From NCBI GenBank assembly GCA_963781035.1, contig CAWAEN010000001.1, positions 35,386 through 99,385 on the forward strand: a stretch of DNA of 64,000 bases, written 5' to 3'. A program made the position numbers and the translations under genes. Shown one piece after another: positions 34,770 through 46,334 of the stretch. Below the pieces are notes generated by a model. The model was not told the DNA's origin. It did not search any database and saw only the letters and a list, made by a program, of their open reading frames with translations. Each line of letters begins with the position of its first letter. Position 1 is the stretch's first letter. Source of the DNA: an uncultured Acidimicrobiia bacterium (lineage in GTDB: Bacteria > Actinomycetota > Acidimicrobiia > Acidimicrobiales > SZUA-35).

Positions 34770-36393
34770 GAACGACCTGGACGCCGAATCGATGGGTGGC
34801 TTTCTCGATTCGCGCCGTGATGCTTCTTGGTCCGGTTGCGGCCGGATTCGTGGCGGTTCAGTCCGCCGCGGTGTTGGTGCCGAGGCCGGGATCCCCTGCT
34901 CTGGATGCGCTGTGGCTCGTCCTTCTGATGGCCGTGTCGTTCGCTGCAGCCCTCGTGGTGCAGCGGTTCACCAAGTACCTGGCACCCCTTCGCACGCTGT
35001 TCACGCTTTCGCTCGTATTCCCTGACGAGGCTCCCTCGCCGATTCCGCTCCGCGAGCCTGCGAACCGGTACGGGCCGGCAGCTCGCGCAACGCCGACCGA
35101 CCGGGATCGGACCCGAGCAGGCTGCGGCGGAGGACCTCGTCACCTCGCTCGCTCGCCTGAGTCGTCACGATCGACTCACCAGGGGTCACGCCGAACGGGT
35201 TCGGGCCTACTCCGTCATGCTCGGCGAGGAAGTCGGTCTCGCTGCCGGACGATCTCGGAGAAGCTGAACTGGGTGCGTTGGCCCACGACATCGGCAAGCT
35301 CCACGTTCCCACGGAGATCCTGAACAAGCCCGGGGCGCCCGACCGACGCCGAGTGGGACGTATTGCGGACCGCACCGGGGTGCAGCGGCCGACCACGTGG
35401 AGCCGCTTCGCTCATGGCTCGGCGACTGGGTGGACGCAGCGACCCAGCACCACGAGCGCTATGACGGCAACGGGTACCCGCTAGGGCTGGCCGGATCGGA
35501 GATCGGGCTCGCCGGTCGACTCGTGTCGATCGCAGATGCGTTCGACGTCATGACGGCCACCCGCTCCTAAAGAAGCCTCTCCCGCTCGAGCAGGCACGGC
35601 CGAGCTCGTACGCAATGCCGGCTCGCAATTCGACCCCGCGCTCGTACGAGCGTTCCTTCGCGTTTCCGTCGGCGAGCTCCGATGGGTTGTCGGGCCTCTG
35701 GGTGGCTCTCGCATCTCCCGACTCCCGCGAGCCCCACTCACGGGCCTGGCGAACAGCCTCCGGATCGGCCGCAGTAGCGACCGTGACCGTAGGAGCCACT
35801 CTTGCGGTTGTCGCACCCGTCACCACGTTGTCGGACCCCGATCCGGGGGTGGAGCGGGCCGCGTCGGTGGAGTCGGTCGACGATCTGATCGAGGCTCCGA
35901 GCCCGCAGGCAATGGTGGACGAAAGCAGCAGCCGTTCCCGTTCCTCGCTGATCACGGTTCCCTCGACGAGCGTTGCACCCTCGACCACGACGAGCGTTGC
36001 ACCCTCGACCACGACGAGCGTTGCACCCTCGACCACGACGTGAAGTGACCGCATCCTCGACCACGACGAGCGTGGCACCCTCGACCACGACGACGACAAG
36101 GCCGCCCGGCGGCATGGTTGCCGGCGATGACCTCTACACGATCACGAAGGCGTCGTTCACGGTGCTGGCCGTTCAGGACAACGATGTTCCGGGAACGGGC
36201 AAGCTGGATCCCTCAGCCACAGAGATCGCGCAGATCACCGTCCCGCGGGACAGTCACCGTTCAGGGGCTCACGATTCGCTACACCCCAAATCCCGGCGAG
36301 ACATCGGGTGTCGACAGCTTCGTCTATCGGGCTTGTGACAACGGTTTGTCATGCGACACAGCGACCGTGACGCTGACGCTCGCTGTCACCTAG
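34770..36393 (+). CDS. Membrane HD-GYP phosphodiesterase with Ser/Thr stalk and C-terminal Ig-like (Big_9-type) domain (frameshifted; start uncertain)
   Basis: TRGHAERV, HDIGK, HHERYDGNGYP, IADAFDVMT, QFDP; AGDD..NDV..YTPNPG..GVDSFVYRACD..DTATVTL. Confidence 0.85.
35962..36095 (+). repeat. 24-bp coding repeats (PSTTTSVA)n
   Basis: TCGACCACGACGAGCGTTGCACCC about five times. Confidence 0.85.
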
Positions 36394-36434
36394 TCAAGCT
36401 ACGCGCTGGCCACTGCGTCGCCCATCGACGCCAC

Positions 36435-36465
36435 TCAGCTCCGCACCGACACTCTGGGATTGATC
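36435..36465 (+). repeat. 31-bp direct repeat, copy A'
   Basis: TCAGCTCCGCACCGACACTCTGGGATTGATC, abutting the cupin stop codon. Confidence 0.9.
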
Positions 36466-36961
36466 AACCTGGCTCCATCGGGGGCCCGATGATGTCGCAG
36501 TTGTGCTCAGCAGCGTGCGCAACCAGTCCGGGTACGTCGACTGGGGTCGGGGCTGGGATGAATGCGCCGCTGGTGACCTCTCGGCTGCCCTCGACGTGGA
36601 ACGTCTCGAACCCAGCTGGCGTGATCATCTCGAAGTAGTGAGCCGTCGCGCTGTCGACACGGAACGTGTGCGGCACATCTCGCGGCAACCAGGCCACCGT
36701 TCCCGGGCCGCACTCTTGCTCGGCATCGCCGATCCGTACCGTCAGCGTTCCCTCGACAATGAGCATGGCCGTGTCCTCGTCGTGATGCACATGAAGTGGC
36801 GGCGAGAAGCCGGCGCCGCCGTGCCACTCGATGACCGACATCGCCCCGCCGGTCGAGTCGCCATCGCAGCGAACCTGCATCCACGTGTCGAGAAACCACC
36901 GGGCTTCTTCCGGCCGGCAGGTACCCGTCGCACCGCTGGTCGTCGCAACTGCTGTCTTCAT
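36464..36961 (-). CDS. Cupin domain protein (quercetinase-like)
   Basis: PPLHVHHDED, PRDVPHTF, TPAGFE. Confidence 0.88.
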   Translation of the reverse strand: MKTAVATTSGATGTCRPEEARWFLDTWMQVRCDGDSTGGAMSVIEWHGGAGFSPPLHVHHDEDTAMLIVEGTLTVRIGDAEQECGPGTVAWLPRDVPHTFRVDSATAHYFEMITPAGFETFHVEGSREVTSGAFIPAPTPVDVPGLVAHAAEHNCDIIGPPMEPG

Positions 36962-37088
36962 CGGACTTCCTTTTCGGTAGATCATGGACCGCGCCAGCGA
37001 TATGTTCGTGGTTGTCACCGGCGCGGCGTTGACCGATCCACGACTCACGGAGTTGGAACACGAGACACAACGGCGTCGGGGGAGCCGA

Positions 37089-37977
37089 CTACGGGGCTAC
37101 CACGCTCGTCGGTCCGGAGTACATCTCGGTCTGCTTGACAGGTTCGAAACCGACGCTGAGGTAGAGGTGTTCCGCTGCCGGGTTGTCTTGTTCGAAGCAG
37201 ATCTTGATGCGCTTGGCGCCGGCCTCGGCAAGCCGGTCGATTCCGGTGGTGAGTATGTGGCGGGCGAGCCCTCGTCCCTGGTGATCGTCTTCGGTGCGCA
37301 TGGGTTCGACCTGACCTGTGGCGGTTTCGGCGTCGTACCAGAACAATCCATACGCCGCGGTGTCGCCGTGACTGTCCTGCACCACCAGGTCGAGGTCGGG
37401 GCGATACAGCGACGTTTGAAGCAGGCGTGGCTCGACATCGACGTGGTTGCGCTTCGTCGAGATCATGTGATGGGGACTCCCCATGGTGTCGACACGACTG
37501 GACAACCGATAGCCGTCGTGCAGCGGGCTGATCTCCGGCCGCTCGCCTGCAGCGATCCATGACTCGACCAATCCAGGTTCCTTGATCGCAAAGCCATGAC
37601 CGACCAACACCTCACGCATCACCTCATCAGCAGAGTCGACCTCGAGTTGAACATCTTCGAACCCGGAGGCGCTGGCGTGATCAAGCCCGCGCCCGATGAC
37701 GTGTGCAATCCAGTCAGGAGTTGCATCTGGCAGGAGAAGCGGATCGAGCGCCAGCCCGTCGCCCCAGGCGGTCGCGATCACCGCAGCCTCTGGGCGACCG
37801 AGATCGTCGAACCAGAAGAGCTGATCGAGGTTGTCCGTTGTCGCGCGGGGAACGCCACCACCACTGCAGATCGGCCGCTTCGTACAGCCCCTTGGTGGGG
37901 TGCATGCCACGGGCTCGTTGCAGCAGTGCCGTCACAGCTTCCAGGTAGTCGAGTCCGACCCGATGTTCTTCTCGCAT
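37089..37977 (-). CDS. GNAT acetyltransferase (frameshift near 37850)
   Basis: VEPMRTEDDHQGRGLA, LYLSVGF. Confidence 0.85.
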
Positions 37978-37989
37978 TGTCCTCACCTC

Positions 37990-38935
37990 ACGTCATCGCG
38001 TTCGGGTGTCGCTGCTCGGACCACGGGCGTCGAGACGAGTCGTTCGAGAAAGGCCGAGAGGAGAGGACCGATCTGGTCGGCGTGGTGGAGCCACGGTGCA
38101 TGGCCGCCTTCCACGATGTGCAGCTCGGCGTCGACCATCGCGTCGGCCATCTCGCCGGCCGACAGCCGAAGCTCCCATGGGGTCGTCGTCGGCGAACACC
38201 AGCAGTGTTGGTGCCTGGATCTGCGCCAACTGATCGGCGGTGAGCGCCATTTCGGGGCGACTCCCCCGAACTCTGACCAATCGGTGCAACATGGCGAGGA
38301 AGGTGTGCTCGAAGTGAGGCAGGCGCTCGGTGGCCAGGATGAGCTTGGCGATCTCGGGAGGCAACGGGTGCTCGTGGACCATCTTGGACAGTTGCTCGAC
38401 CTGGCCCTCCGACGGCGGCTGGAGCTTCATCAGCAGCCGGCCGAGCGGTCGGACCGACAGGAGCCGCATCGGCAACGGCGCCGATGTGTCGAGCACGATC
38501 GCAGGACAACCGATGTGAGCGAGGGCCAGGACCCGGTCGGGTCGGTCGATGGCCAACCAACTGGCCCACAGCGAACCCAACGAGTTGGCGATGACGACGG
38601 GCCGGTCGAGACCCAGTCCGTCAAAGACCTCGACGAGGAATCGGACGGCATTGGCTCGTCAGATCATCGGTGAAGTCGAGGGTCACATCGGTGAGACCGA
38701 ACGCGGGGAGATCGACGGCGAACAGGGTGACCCCGTCGATGCGGGTCATCAGCGGAGCCCACATCGCTGCCGGAACCCCGATGCCGTTGAGGAGTACGAC
38801 CGGCGGGCCTTCGCCGGTGACGAGGACGTGGGCCTGCCCATCGATGACGGGGGCCTCGACCCACCGCTCCTCAGCGGTCAGCCCGTAGTGGGAAAGCACC
38901 GTCGCCTGCGCCTGCGAGAACTCTTCGTCGAACAT
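37990..38935 (-). CDS. Alpha/beta hydrolase (frameshifted)
   Basis: GEGPPVVLL, VDLPAFG, NSLG nucleophile elbow. Confidence 0.85.
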
Positions 38936-38971
38936 CACCAGCTCCAACCTCTGCGTGATTTACTCTTGCGA

Positions 38972-39018
38972 TTTACTTCGTGTAAAGCACACTACGCTTG
39001 AGGTTTACGTGATGTCAA
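38972..39018. promoter_or_regulatory. Probable TetR operators in the divergent promoter
   Basis: TTTAC-TTCGT-GTAAA (38972..38986) and TTTAC-GTGAT-GTCAA (39004..39018). Confidence 0.7.
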
Positions 39019-39640
39019 CCAGCAGTGAGTACGGGGATCCCGGGACCCGAGCCCGGATCCTCGGCGCGACCTGGGACTTGGTTGCCGAGCAGGGTGTACG
39101 AGTCAAGCTCGCTGACGTGGCAGCACGCGCTTCGGTGTCGCGCCAGGCCATCTATCTCCACTTCGGCGATCGGGCAGGCCTGCTCGTCGCGCTGGTCAAT
39201 CACATGGACGAATCGCTCGACCTCGGCGAGTCGCTCGCCGCTGTTCACTCGGCCCCGGACGGTGCGACGCTGATCGAAGCCCTCATGCAGCTCAACACCA
39301 CCTTCTGGACCCAGGTCCAGCCGGTCGCCCAGGTGCTCGAGGCATCCCAACACGAGGACGAGGCGCTCGGCGCTGCATGGCGGGACCGCATGCGGTTCAG
39401 GCAGGCAACGTTCCGGTCGATGATCGAAACCCTGGCCGATCGGGGCGAGCTCGCCGAGGACTGGAGCGTCGACGATGCCGCCGCCACTCTCTACGCAGTC
39501 GCCCATTTCGACACATGGCGCGAACTCGTCGTGGAGCTCGGCTGGAGCGATGACCACTACGTCCAGTCCATGACGCGCCTACTGCGCCCGCTCTGCTCCA
39601 ACCGTGATCCGACTCCCCCGTCGAATCCAGACGATCGTCA
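39012..39640 (+). CDS. TetR/AcrR regulator (3' end uncertain)
   Basis: TRARIL, VAARASVSRQAIYLHFGDR. Confidence 0.92.
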
Positions 39641-40372
39641 GTCCTGGGCGGCGATAGCCGCGCCGATGATCCCGGCATTGTTCCCGAACTGCGCCACGCG
39701 GACCGGCGTGTCCACCGTGAGTCGCTTGGCAAACTTGTCGAACTTCTTGCTCGCACCGCCGCCGATGATGTAGGCGGCCGGGGTGAAAACCCTGTCGACC
39801 CGCTCGAGGAAGTAATTGAATCGCTTGCCCCACTGGGACCAACTCAGATCGTCTTTCTTCCTGGCCCTGTCGCCGGCGTAGAACTCGATCGGCTCGCCGT
39901 CTTTGCCAGGCATTCGTCCGAGTTCGACGTTCGGTATCAGCATGCCGTTGTAGAAGACCCCAGTACCGAGTCCCGTACCGATGGTGACCATGATGACTGT
40001 TCCTGACAGGCCACGGCCCGCTCCGAGCGTCATCTCGGCAATGCCGGCGACATCGGCGTCGTTCTGCACGACAAACCGCTGACCGGTCGCCTGTTCGAAG
40101 AGCTCATCGACCTGGGTGCCACGCCAGGACTCGGCGATGTTGCCCGCAGTTCGAGCCTGCCCGTCGACGACGACAGTGGGAAAGCTGCACCCGACAGACC
40201 CCGTGTAGTCGAGCTTGGCCACGAGCTCCTTCACGACGGCGGCGACGTTGTCCGGCGTGGCCGGTTGCGGCGTTGCGATGCGAATTCGGTCGCTCAGCAA
40301 CTCACCAGTGGCGACGTCGACGATCGCTCCTTTGATACCGGACCCGCCGACATCAATTCCGAGAGTGCCCAT
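39638..40372 (-). CDS. ppgK: Polyphosphate glucokinase (ROK)
   Basis: [40 protein letters not shown]. Confidence 0.92.
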   Translation of the reverse strand: MGTLGIDVGGSGIKGAIVDVATGELLSDRIRIATPQPATPDNVAAVVKELVAKLDYTGSVGCSFPTVVVDGQARTAGNIAESWRGTQVDELFEQATGQRFVVQNDADVAGIAEMTLGAGRGLSGTVIMVTIGTGLGTGVFYNGMLIPNVELGRMPGKDGEPIEFYAGDRARKKDDLSWSQWGKRFNYFLERVDRVFTPAAYIIGGGASKKFDKFAKRLTVDTPVRVAQFGNNAGIIGAAIAAQD

Positions 40373-40599
40373 CGAGTTCGTTCCCTTGGTTCAGCAGCGC
40401 TGATTCGCTGGTTGTGGGACAATAGCAGGCCTCCCCCGACGACCTCCGGTCGACGATCCAGGCTTCATCGGATCCTCGCCCGGGGCTGGCTCGTCCGTCC
40501 ACACGGTGACGTGGGTGACCTGATCTCCCTCACGGATGCAGATGGCAGCCGGCTCGCAACCAACTCGCGATGGTTTCGCCGCACCGACGTCATCGTTGC

Positions 40600-41409
40600 G
40601 GGTGAAGCACGGCGTCGACATCGTCTTCACCGTCAGCGGATCTGGCTCCAGCCGTCCTGTTGATCCACGGTTTCCCTGTGACCGCACGCTCTGGACTCTT
40701 CAGGCGAACGCCTGCTCATCGCCGACGGCCACACAGTCATCACGGTCGACCAACGTGGCTTTGGCAAGTCAGGAAAACCCGAGACCTGGCAGGCCTATCG
40801 ATTGCACAACGCTGCCGCCGACATGGTTGCCGTGCTCGATCACCTCGGCCTGGCGTCGGCCGACGTGGTCGGCCACGACTGGGGAGCTGCGACAGCGTCC
40901 TTCCTCGCGATGCTCCATGCGGGCCGGATTGATCGGCTTGTGCTCATGAGCGCCGGGCACCCCGCCATCTTCCACGACCTGGGCATCGAACAACTCGAGC
41001 GAGCGTGGTAGCACTGCAGTTCTTCCAAGCCGTTGACGTCGCAGCCGAGTGGTTGTCAGCAGACGACTGGGCCAACTTTCGAATGTGGGGTCGCCATCCG
41101 AACGAAGACGAGGCAATCGATCGGCTGTCACAGCCGGGCGCGGTCGGTATCCGCCCTCAACTGGTACCGAGCCAACTCGCGGCCGGCCACCCTGCTCAAG
41201 CCGAGGCGTGAATTCCCACGATTCTCACACTCTGTTCTCGGGATCTGGGGGCGCTCGACGATCACCTGGTCGAAGACTTCGTCAAGCGGACCGGAGCGTT
41301 CGTCGATGGTGAATGGCGCTACGAACGTATCGACGATGCCGGCCATTGGATTCAGATCGACCAACCTGACGCACTCGCCGACCTCCTGGTGGCGCACCTT
41401 TCCATCTGA
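40600..41409 (+). CDS. Epoxide-hydrolase-like alpha/beta hydrolase (frameshifted; start uncertain)
   Basis: LLIHGFP, VGHDWG, LNWYRAN, AGHW. Confidence 0.85.
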
Positions 41410-41424
41410 AGCCTCGCGGCGCCG

Positions 41425-41972
41425 AAGTCAGTCAGGTTGGTAGCTCTTGTGTCCGGCCAGTAGCGATTGGCGATCTTGAGCACTCCATCGACCTCGACGA
41501 TGGTGTAGCTGGCTTGCCCGTCGTAGCGGTAGTCGGTCTCCGCCCAGATCTCCTCGACCGAGACGAACCAGGGCCCGTCCCCTGTCACGATCGAGTCGCC
41601 GACCTGCTCGTTCGACCAGCTGTAGCCGAAGCCCTCACCGATCACGCCGTCGACGTTGTCGTTGACGTGATAGTTCAGCCGGAACCCGGCAATGGAATCG
41701 TTGGTGTAGGCGTACTCGTTGATCACGAAGTCCTCTGTGTCCTGGCTGAACGCACCGCAGCCTCGTCCTGCGTCTCCCAAGCTGACAGATAGGTGTCGAG
41801 CAACTGTTCGATTTCCTCATCCGGACTCGCTGCCTCGCTGTTGATGAGCCGAACTCCCAGGCCGACCAAGGCGAGCGCCACCACGAACGCGGCGATCACC
41901 CGGAACCGTTTGCGCTGCAAGGCCTGCTTCGAATCCTCCGACCGCAGTGGGTCGGTCGTTGATGGTTGTCAT
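41425..41972 (-). CDS. Membrane-anchored hypothetical protein, NTF2/SnoaL-like (frameshifted)
   Basis: TM helix, then EIEQLLDTYLSAWETQD and beta-rich C-terminus. Confidence 0.45.
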
Positions 41973-42259
41973 CAGTCCTCCTCCTTCGCCGCCCGGGCAA
42001 CAGGGTCTCAACTACGACGCTGAACCTCGCGGTCCGTGACTCATAGAGCCGAATGACCCGGTGCGCGAAGTGCTTGGCGCTACCTATCCGTTGGCCCAGT
42101 GCGCAGCAAACCGATCGGCACCTTGCGCCTTGAGTTCGGCGAGCGTGACCCCGACCGCTTCGATCGTGGTCCGATCGAATGGGTGATGCGTCGGATCACC
42201 GGCTGATCGAATGATCAAGGTTCCACACTCTTCTGGCCGCCCGAGGCCAGACTGAGCCG

Positions 42260-42745
42260 ATGCGCGTTCACCGGCCGACATCGCTGGTTTACCTTCCCGC
42301 GACGACTGGGAAGGGTCTGGTCAGACTGTCCGGCGTCGAGGGACTCACGCGCTCGCTTCTCATGGGAACAGTGCCACTTATCGCCCTGGACCGTCTCGGC
42401 TCGAAGTCGGCAGTCTCACAGGCGTACACGGCCGGCGCAGTCCTAACACTTCTCATCACGCTCAACATCGGCCGAACTCGAGCAACAGATCGCCCGGCGA
42501 TGGGTGATGACAGTGGGAATCGTCTCACTCTTCAGTGCGGGAATACTGTTCACCCTCGATCACGTGGTCGCCTTCATCGTCGCGATCGGCCTGCGATCGA
42601 CTGCAGCATCGATCTTTTCCGTGTTGGTCACGCTCTACGTCATGGATTTCATCGGCAAGGCGGATCTGACAAGCATCGAGTCGAGCAGGATGGTCCACAA
42701 CGGCGTCGGCTGGATCATCGGTCCGAGCCTCGGGGAGCTGCAACC
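42260..42745 (+). pseudogene. Truncated MFS transporter fragment
   Basis: TM helices and LYVMDFI..GWIIGPSLG, then abrupt loss of MFS character. Confidence 0.55.
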
Positions 42746-43067
42746 TGTGAGCGGTACGAGTGCTCCGAAGCGCAGCACGGCGAGCTGCGTCGTCCCATCG
42801 CCTCCTGACCTCCATCTCAGCGATGGCCAGAACCTCGCCACCTCCGCACGCAACCGCGGAACTCAGATTGCGGGCCTCCGTCCTTGGCCCACTGGGATGC
42901 GACAAGGGCAGCGGCGGCGAGCAGGACCGGATCACTCATGCACGTAAGTATCGGCGAAAGTCCAGACCAGGTTGAGTCCTCCTGCGCGCCCTGCTCGGGC
43001 CGGACTCCCGCCTTCGGTACACCCAGCTACTAGCGTCACCAGCCTGCGATTCAAGGGGTAGGCGGAA

Positions 43068-43940
43068 GTGGAGCCATCCGAGCTCGCTCGTGCGGTCGAT
43101 GCGGCGAGGTCGACCGTCTCCGAGCTCGACCTGGCAGTCGACGACGCGATCGTTCTTCAGAACTCGAACCGGCTCATGCTGCGGCTGACGCCGTGCGATG
43201 TCGTCGTCCGGATCGCACCCCTGGCCCTTCGAACGAGTGCAGAGTTCGAGGTCCAGCTTGCCCAACAGCTCGCAGAAGCCGAGAGCCCGGTGGCTCTGCT
43301 CGACCCTCGATTCGAGCCACGTGTCCACGTGCGTGATGGCTTCGCGATGAACATGTGGACCTACTACGAACCCGTGCCGCCAGAGCTGGTCCCGCCAGCC
43401 GACTACGCGAACGTGCTCGAGCGTCTACACGCCGGCATGCGACAGCTCGACATGACGACACCGCACTTCACAGACCGAGTCGCCGAGGCACGACAACTCG
43501 TTGCCAGCTGCGACCGAACTCCAGCGCTCGGAGACTCCGATCGGGAGCTTCTCAGCAACACGTTGCGAAGGCTGGAACGAGCGATCGGCGCTCGCGGCGG
43601 TACCGATCAGGTCCTGCACGGTGAGCCGCACCCGGGAAACCTGCTCAACACGAAGTACGGGCCGGTGTTCATCGACCTCGAGACGTCCTGCCGCGGACCG
43701 ATCGAATTCGACATCGCCCATGCGCCCGAAGACGTCAGCGAGCACTATCCCGACGTTGATCGGGAACTGCTCAACGAATGCCGGGGCCTCACGCATGCAA
43801 TGGTCGCTGCGTGGCGCTGGGACCCAGGCGATCAGCACCCATACGGTCGACGAGCAGGGCGAGAACTCCTCGGTGCTCTACGCGATGGCCCACCATGGCC
43901 GACGATCGACGCCGTGTGGCGACGACTCGATGGCCCGTAG
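43068..43940 (+). CDS. APH-like phosphotransferase
   Basis: LHGEPHPGNLL, FIDLE, GPIEFDIA. Confidence 0.88.
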   Translation: MEPSELARAVDAARSTVSELDLAVDDAIVLQNSNRLMLRLTPCDVVVRIAPLALRTSAEFEVQLAQQLAEAESPVALLDPRFEPRVHVRDGFAMNMWTYYEPVPPELVPPADYANVLERLHAGMRQLDMTTPHFTDRVAEARQLVASCDRTPALGDSDRELLSNTLRRLERAIGARGGTDQVLHGEPHPGNLLNTKYGPVFIDLETSCRGPIEFDIAHAPEDVSEHYPDVDRELLNECRGLTHAMVAAWRWDPGDQHPYGRRAGRELLGALRDGPPWPTIDAVWRRLDGP

Positions 43941-43955
43941 GCATACAAGCAGGTC

Positions 43956-44420
43956 TCACAATGGACGGGGTTCCAGGATGACGACCGCAGTCTCCATCGA
44001 ACGTCTCGCTGCGTACGCGTCGAGGTTCTTGTCGATCTCGCGCCACCGCGACCACAGGCGCTCCCGTTCCTCACCGCTCGCCGACCGTCCCCTCACGAGA
44101 CGATGTCCGTCATGCAGGTCAACCTGGACGTCAGGGTGAGCCTGCAGGTTCAACCACCACGCCGGCTCGCCCTCGCCCCAGCCGTTCATCGCCATCGTGA
44201 CGAGGTTCGGCCCATCCTCGAAGTAGCCGACCATGACACTGCGCTCGAGACCGGTCCGTCGACCGACGGTGGTGAGGCGCAAGGTTCCCCAACCGTCTCG
44301 CTTGGGTCGCCACAGACCAAGACGGCCCCCGCTCAGGCGATAGATGCGGCGATGGGTCATCCATGCGAACCGCATGAACCATCGAGGTGGAAGACGTGAA
44401 CTCGGGGTCGACTTGGACAT
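43956..44420 (-). CDS. F420-dependent nitroreductase (Ddn family)
   Basis: LTTVGRRTG, PAWWLNLQAHP. Confidence 0.9.
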   Translation of the reverse strand: MSKSTPSSRLPPRWFMRFAWMTHRRIYRLSGGRLGLWRPKRDGWGTLRLTTVGRRTGLERSVMVGYFEDGPNLVTMAMNGWGEGEPAWWLNLQAHPDVQVDLHDGHRLVRGRSASGEERERLWSRWREIDKNLDAYAARRSMETAVVILEPRPL

Positions 44421-44611
44421 GACGCTCCTTCCTGGCGAACCGCCTCGACCCTGAAGGTAACTTCGACCAACGATGCGGCCTAGGGCACCAATCCCCTATC
44501 GGCGACCGCCTGCCAGCCCTCGGCGGTGGTTCGACGGCCGAGGAGGTACCCCGTAGCTTGTCGATGGCGGGCCAGATCGGGCCCGCCTCAGGCGAGGGCA
44601 CGGAGGAAGCG

Positions 44612-46252
44612 ATGAGCCACGGAGGACGGCTGGCAGCCAAGGCCTTGAAGGCGGCCGGTGTCGAGTGTGTGTTCACCCTGTCGGGCGGCCATGTGATGGG
44701 CATCTACGACGGCTGTCTCGACGAGGGCATCAAGGTGATCGACGTTCGCCACGAACAGGCAGCGGTGCACGCCGCTGATGCCTGGGCCCGCCTCAACCCC
44801 GGTCGGGTGGGCGTCGCCATTCTCACCGCCGGCCCGGGTGTGACCGACGGGGTCACCGGCGTTGCCAACGCCTGGCGAGCGAACTCGCCCATTCTGGTCA
44901 TCGGGGGGCAGGGACCGTTCAACAACCTGCGGCGAGGCTCGTTGCAGGAGATGGACCATGTCTCGGTGATGAAGCCGATCACCAAGTGGGCCGATGCCTG
45001 CTACGAGACGGGTCGGATCGCCGAGTACATCGAGCTGGCCATCCGGACCGCCATGTCGGGGGTGCCTGGTCCCAGCTTCCTCGAGATCCCCATGGACGTC
45101 CTGCACGCCCCGATCGACCTCGACTCGGTTCCGATGCCTTCGTTCCGTGACTACCGAGTGGCCTCATCGGCCCCGGCCGAGCGAGTCGAAGCCGCTCTCG
45201 AGCTGTTGCGGAGTGCCAGCCAGCCCATGCTGATGGCGGGCACCGCACTGAAGTGGTCCGAGGGCGGACCGGCCCTGCGTCGCTTCGCCGAGGCAACCAA
45301 CATCCCGGTCTTCACCAATGGCATGGGTCGAGGCCAGCTGCCCATGAGCCACCGCCAGTTCTTCAACCGCACCCGCAAGGACGCCCTGGCCGGCGCTGAT
45401 CTCGTCGTGCTGGCCGGAACGCCGCTCGACTTCCGGATGAAGTACGGGGCCTCGATCCCCGCCGATGCCAAGGTCGTGCAGCTCGATCTCGACGAGACCC
45501 TGATCGGCCAGAACCGGTCGGCTGACGTGGGGCTGGTCGGCAACCTGGGAGCCAACCTCGACGCCATGCTCGACGGCCTGGGTGCCGGCGAGCTCGACTT
45601 CTCCGACTGGTCGGCCACCCTGCGGGCCACCGAGGATGCGGCCGAGCAGGCCTTGGCGTCCCAGCTGACGAGCGACGAGGTGCCGATCGACCCCATGCGG
45701 CTGTGCAAGGCCATCGCCGACGTCATCGCCGCCGACGACGAGATGATCGTCATCGGCGATGGGGGCGACATCGTGGCCCAGGCCTCCAAGGTGCTCAAGG
45801 TCCCCGACCGCGGCACCTGGATGGACCCCGGTCCGCTCGGCACACTCGGCGTCGGCATGCCCTTCGCCCTGGCCGCCCAGCTGGCCAACCCAGACAAGCG
45901 GGTCTTGATCATCTACGGCGACGGAAGCTTCGGGCTCAATGGCTTCGAGTTCGACACCGCCGTCCGTTTCGGGCTGCCCATCGTCGGCGTCGTCGGCAAC
46001 GACGCCGCCTGGGGTCAGATGATGCGACCCCAAGCCATGATCTATGGCGCCGATCGTCTGGTGGCGACCAGGCTGTCCTACACCCGCTACGACAAGGTGG
46101 TCGAGGCCCTGGGCGGCCATGGTGAACACGTCACCGAGCCGGCCGAGATCGTGCCGGCCATCGAGCGGGCCCTGGCCAGCGGCAAACCGGCCCTGGTGAA
46201 CGTCGAGATGCGCACCGACGTCGACGGAATGAAGGGATCCACCTACGTGTGA
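44612..46252 (+). CDS. ThDP-dependent enzyme (acetolactate synthase-like / 2-hydroxyacyl-CoA lyase-like)
   Basis: VRHEQAA, TAGPG, GTLGVG, GDGSFG...ND. Confidence 0.92.
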   Translation: MSHGGRLAAKALKAAGVECVFTLSGGHVMGIYDGCLDEGIKVIDVRHEQAAVHAADAWARLNPGRVGVAILTAGPGVTDGVTGVANAWRANSPILVIGGQGPFNNLRRGSLQEMDHVSVMKPITKWADACYETGRIAEYIELAIRTAMSGVPGPSFLEIPMDVLHAPIDLDSVPMPSFRDYRVASSAPAERVEAALELLRSASQPMLMAGTALKWSEGGPALRRFAEATNIPVFTNGMGRGQLPMSHRQFFNRTRKDALAGADLVVLAGTPLDFRMKYGASIPADAKVVQLDLDETLIGQNRSADVGLVGNLGANLDAMLDGLGAGELDFSDWSATLRATEDAAEQALASQLTSDEVPIDPMRLCKAIADVIAADDEMIVIGDGGDIVAQASKVLKVPDRGTWMDPGPLGTLGVGMPFALAAQLANPDKRVLIIYGDGSFGLNGFEFDTAVRFGLPIVGVVGNDAAWGQMMRPQAMIYGADRLVATRLSYTRYDKVVEALGGHGEHVTEPAEIVPAIERALASGKPALVNVEMRTDVDGMKGSTYV

Positions 46253-46334
46253 AAGCCCGCCGGCGGCGCTCCGTTCCCGCTGATCCATCCAGCCAGGATC
46301 TTCCATATCGACGTACGCTCGGTCACGACCACTG

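Noticed and set aside
34462..37270. 190-bp repeat pair as a diversity-generating retroelement TR/VR
   Set aside because: Mismatches are few and not adenine-specific; no reverse transcriptase in the window
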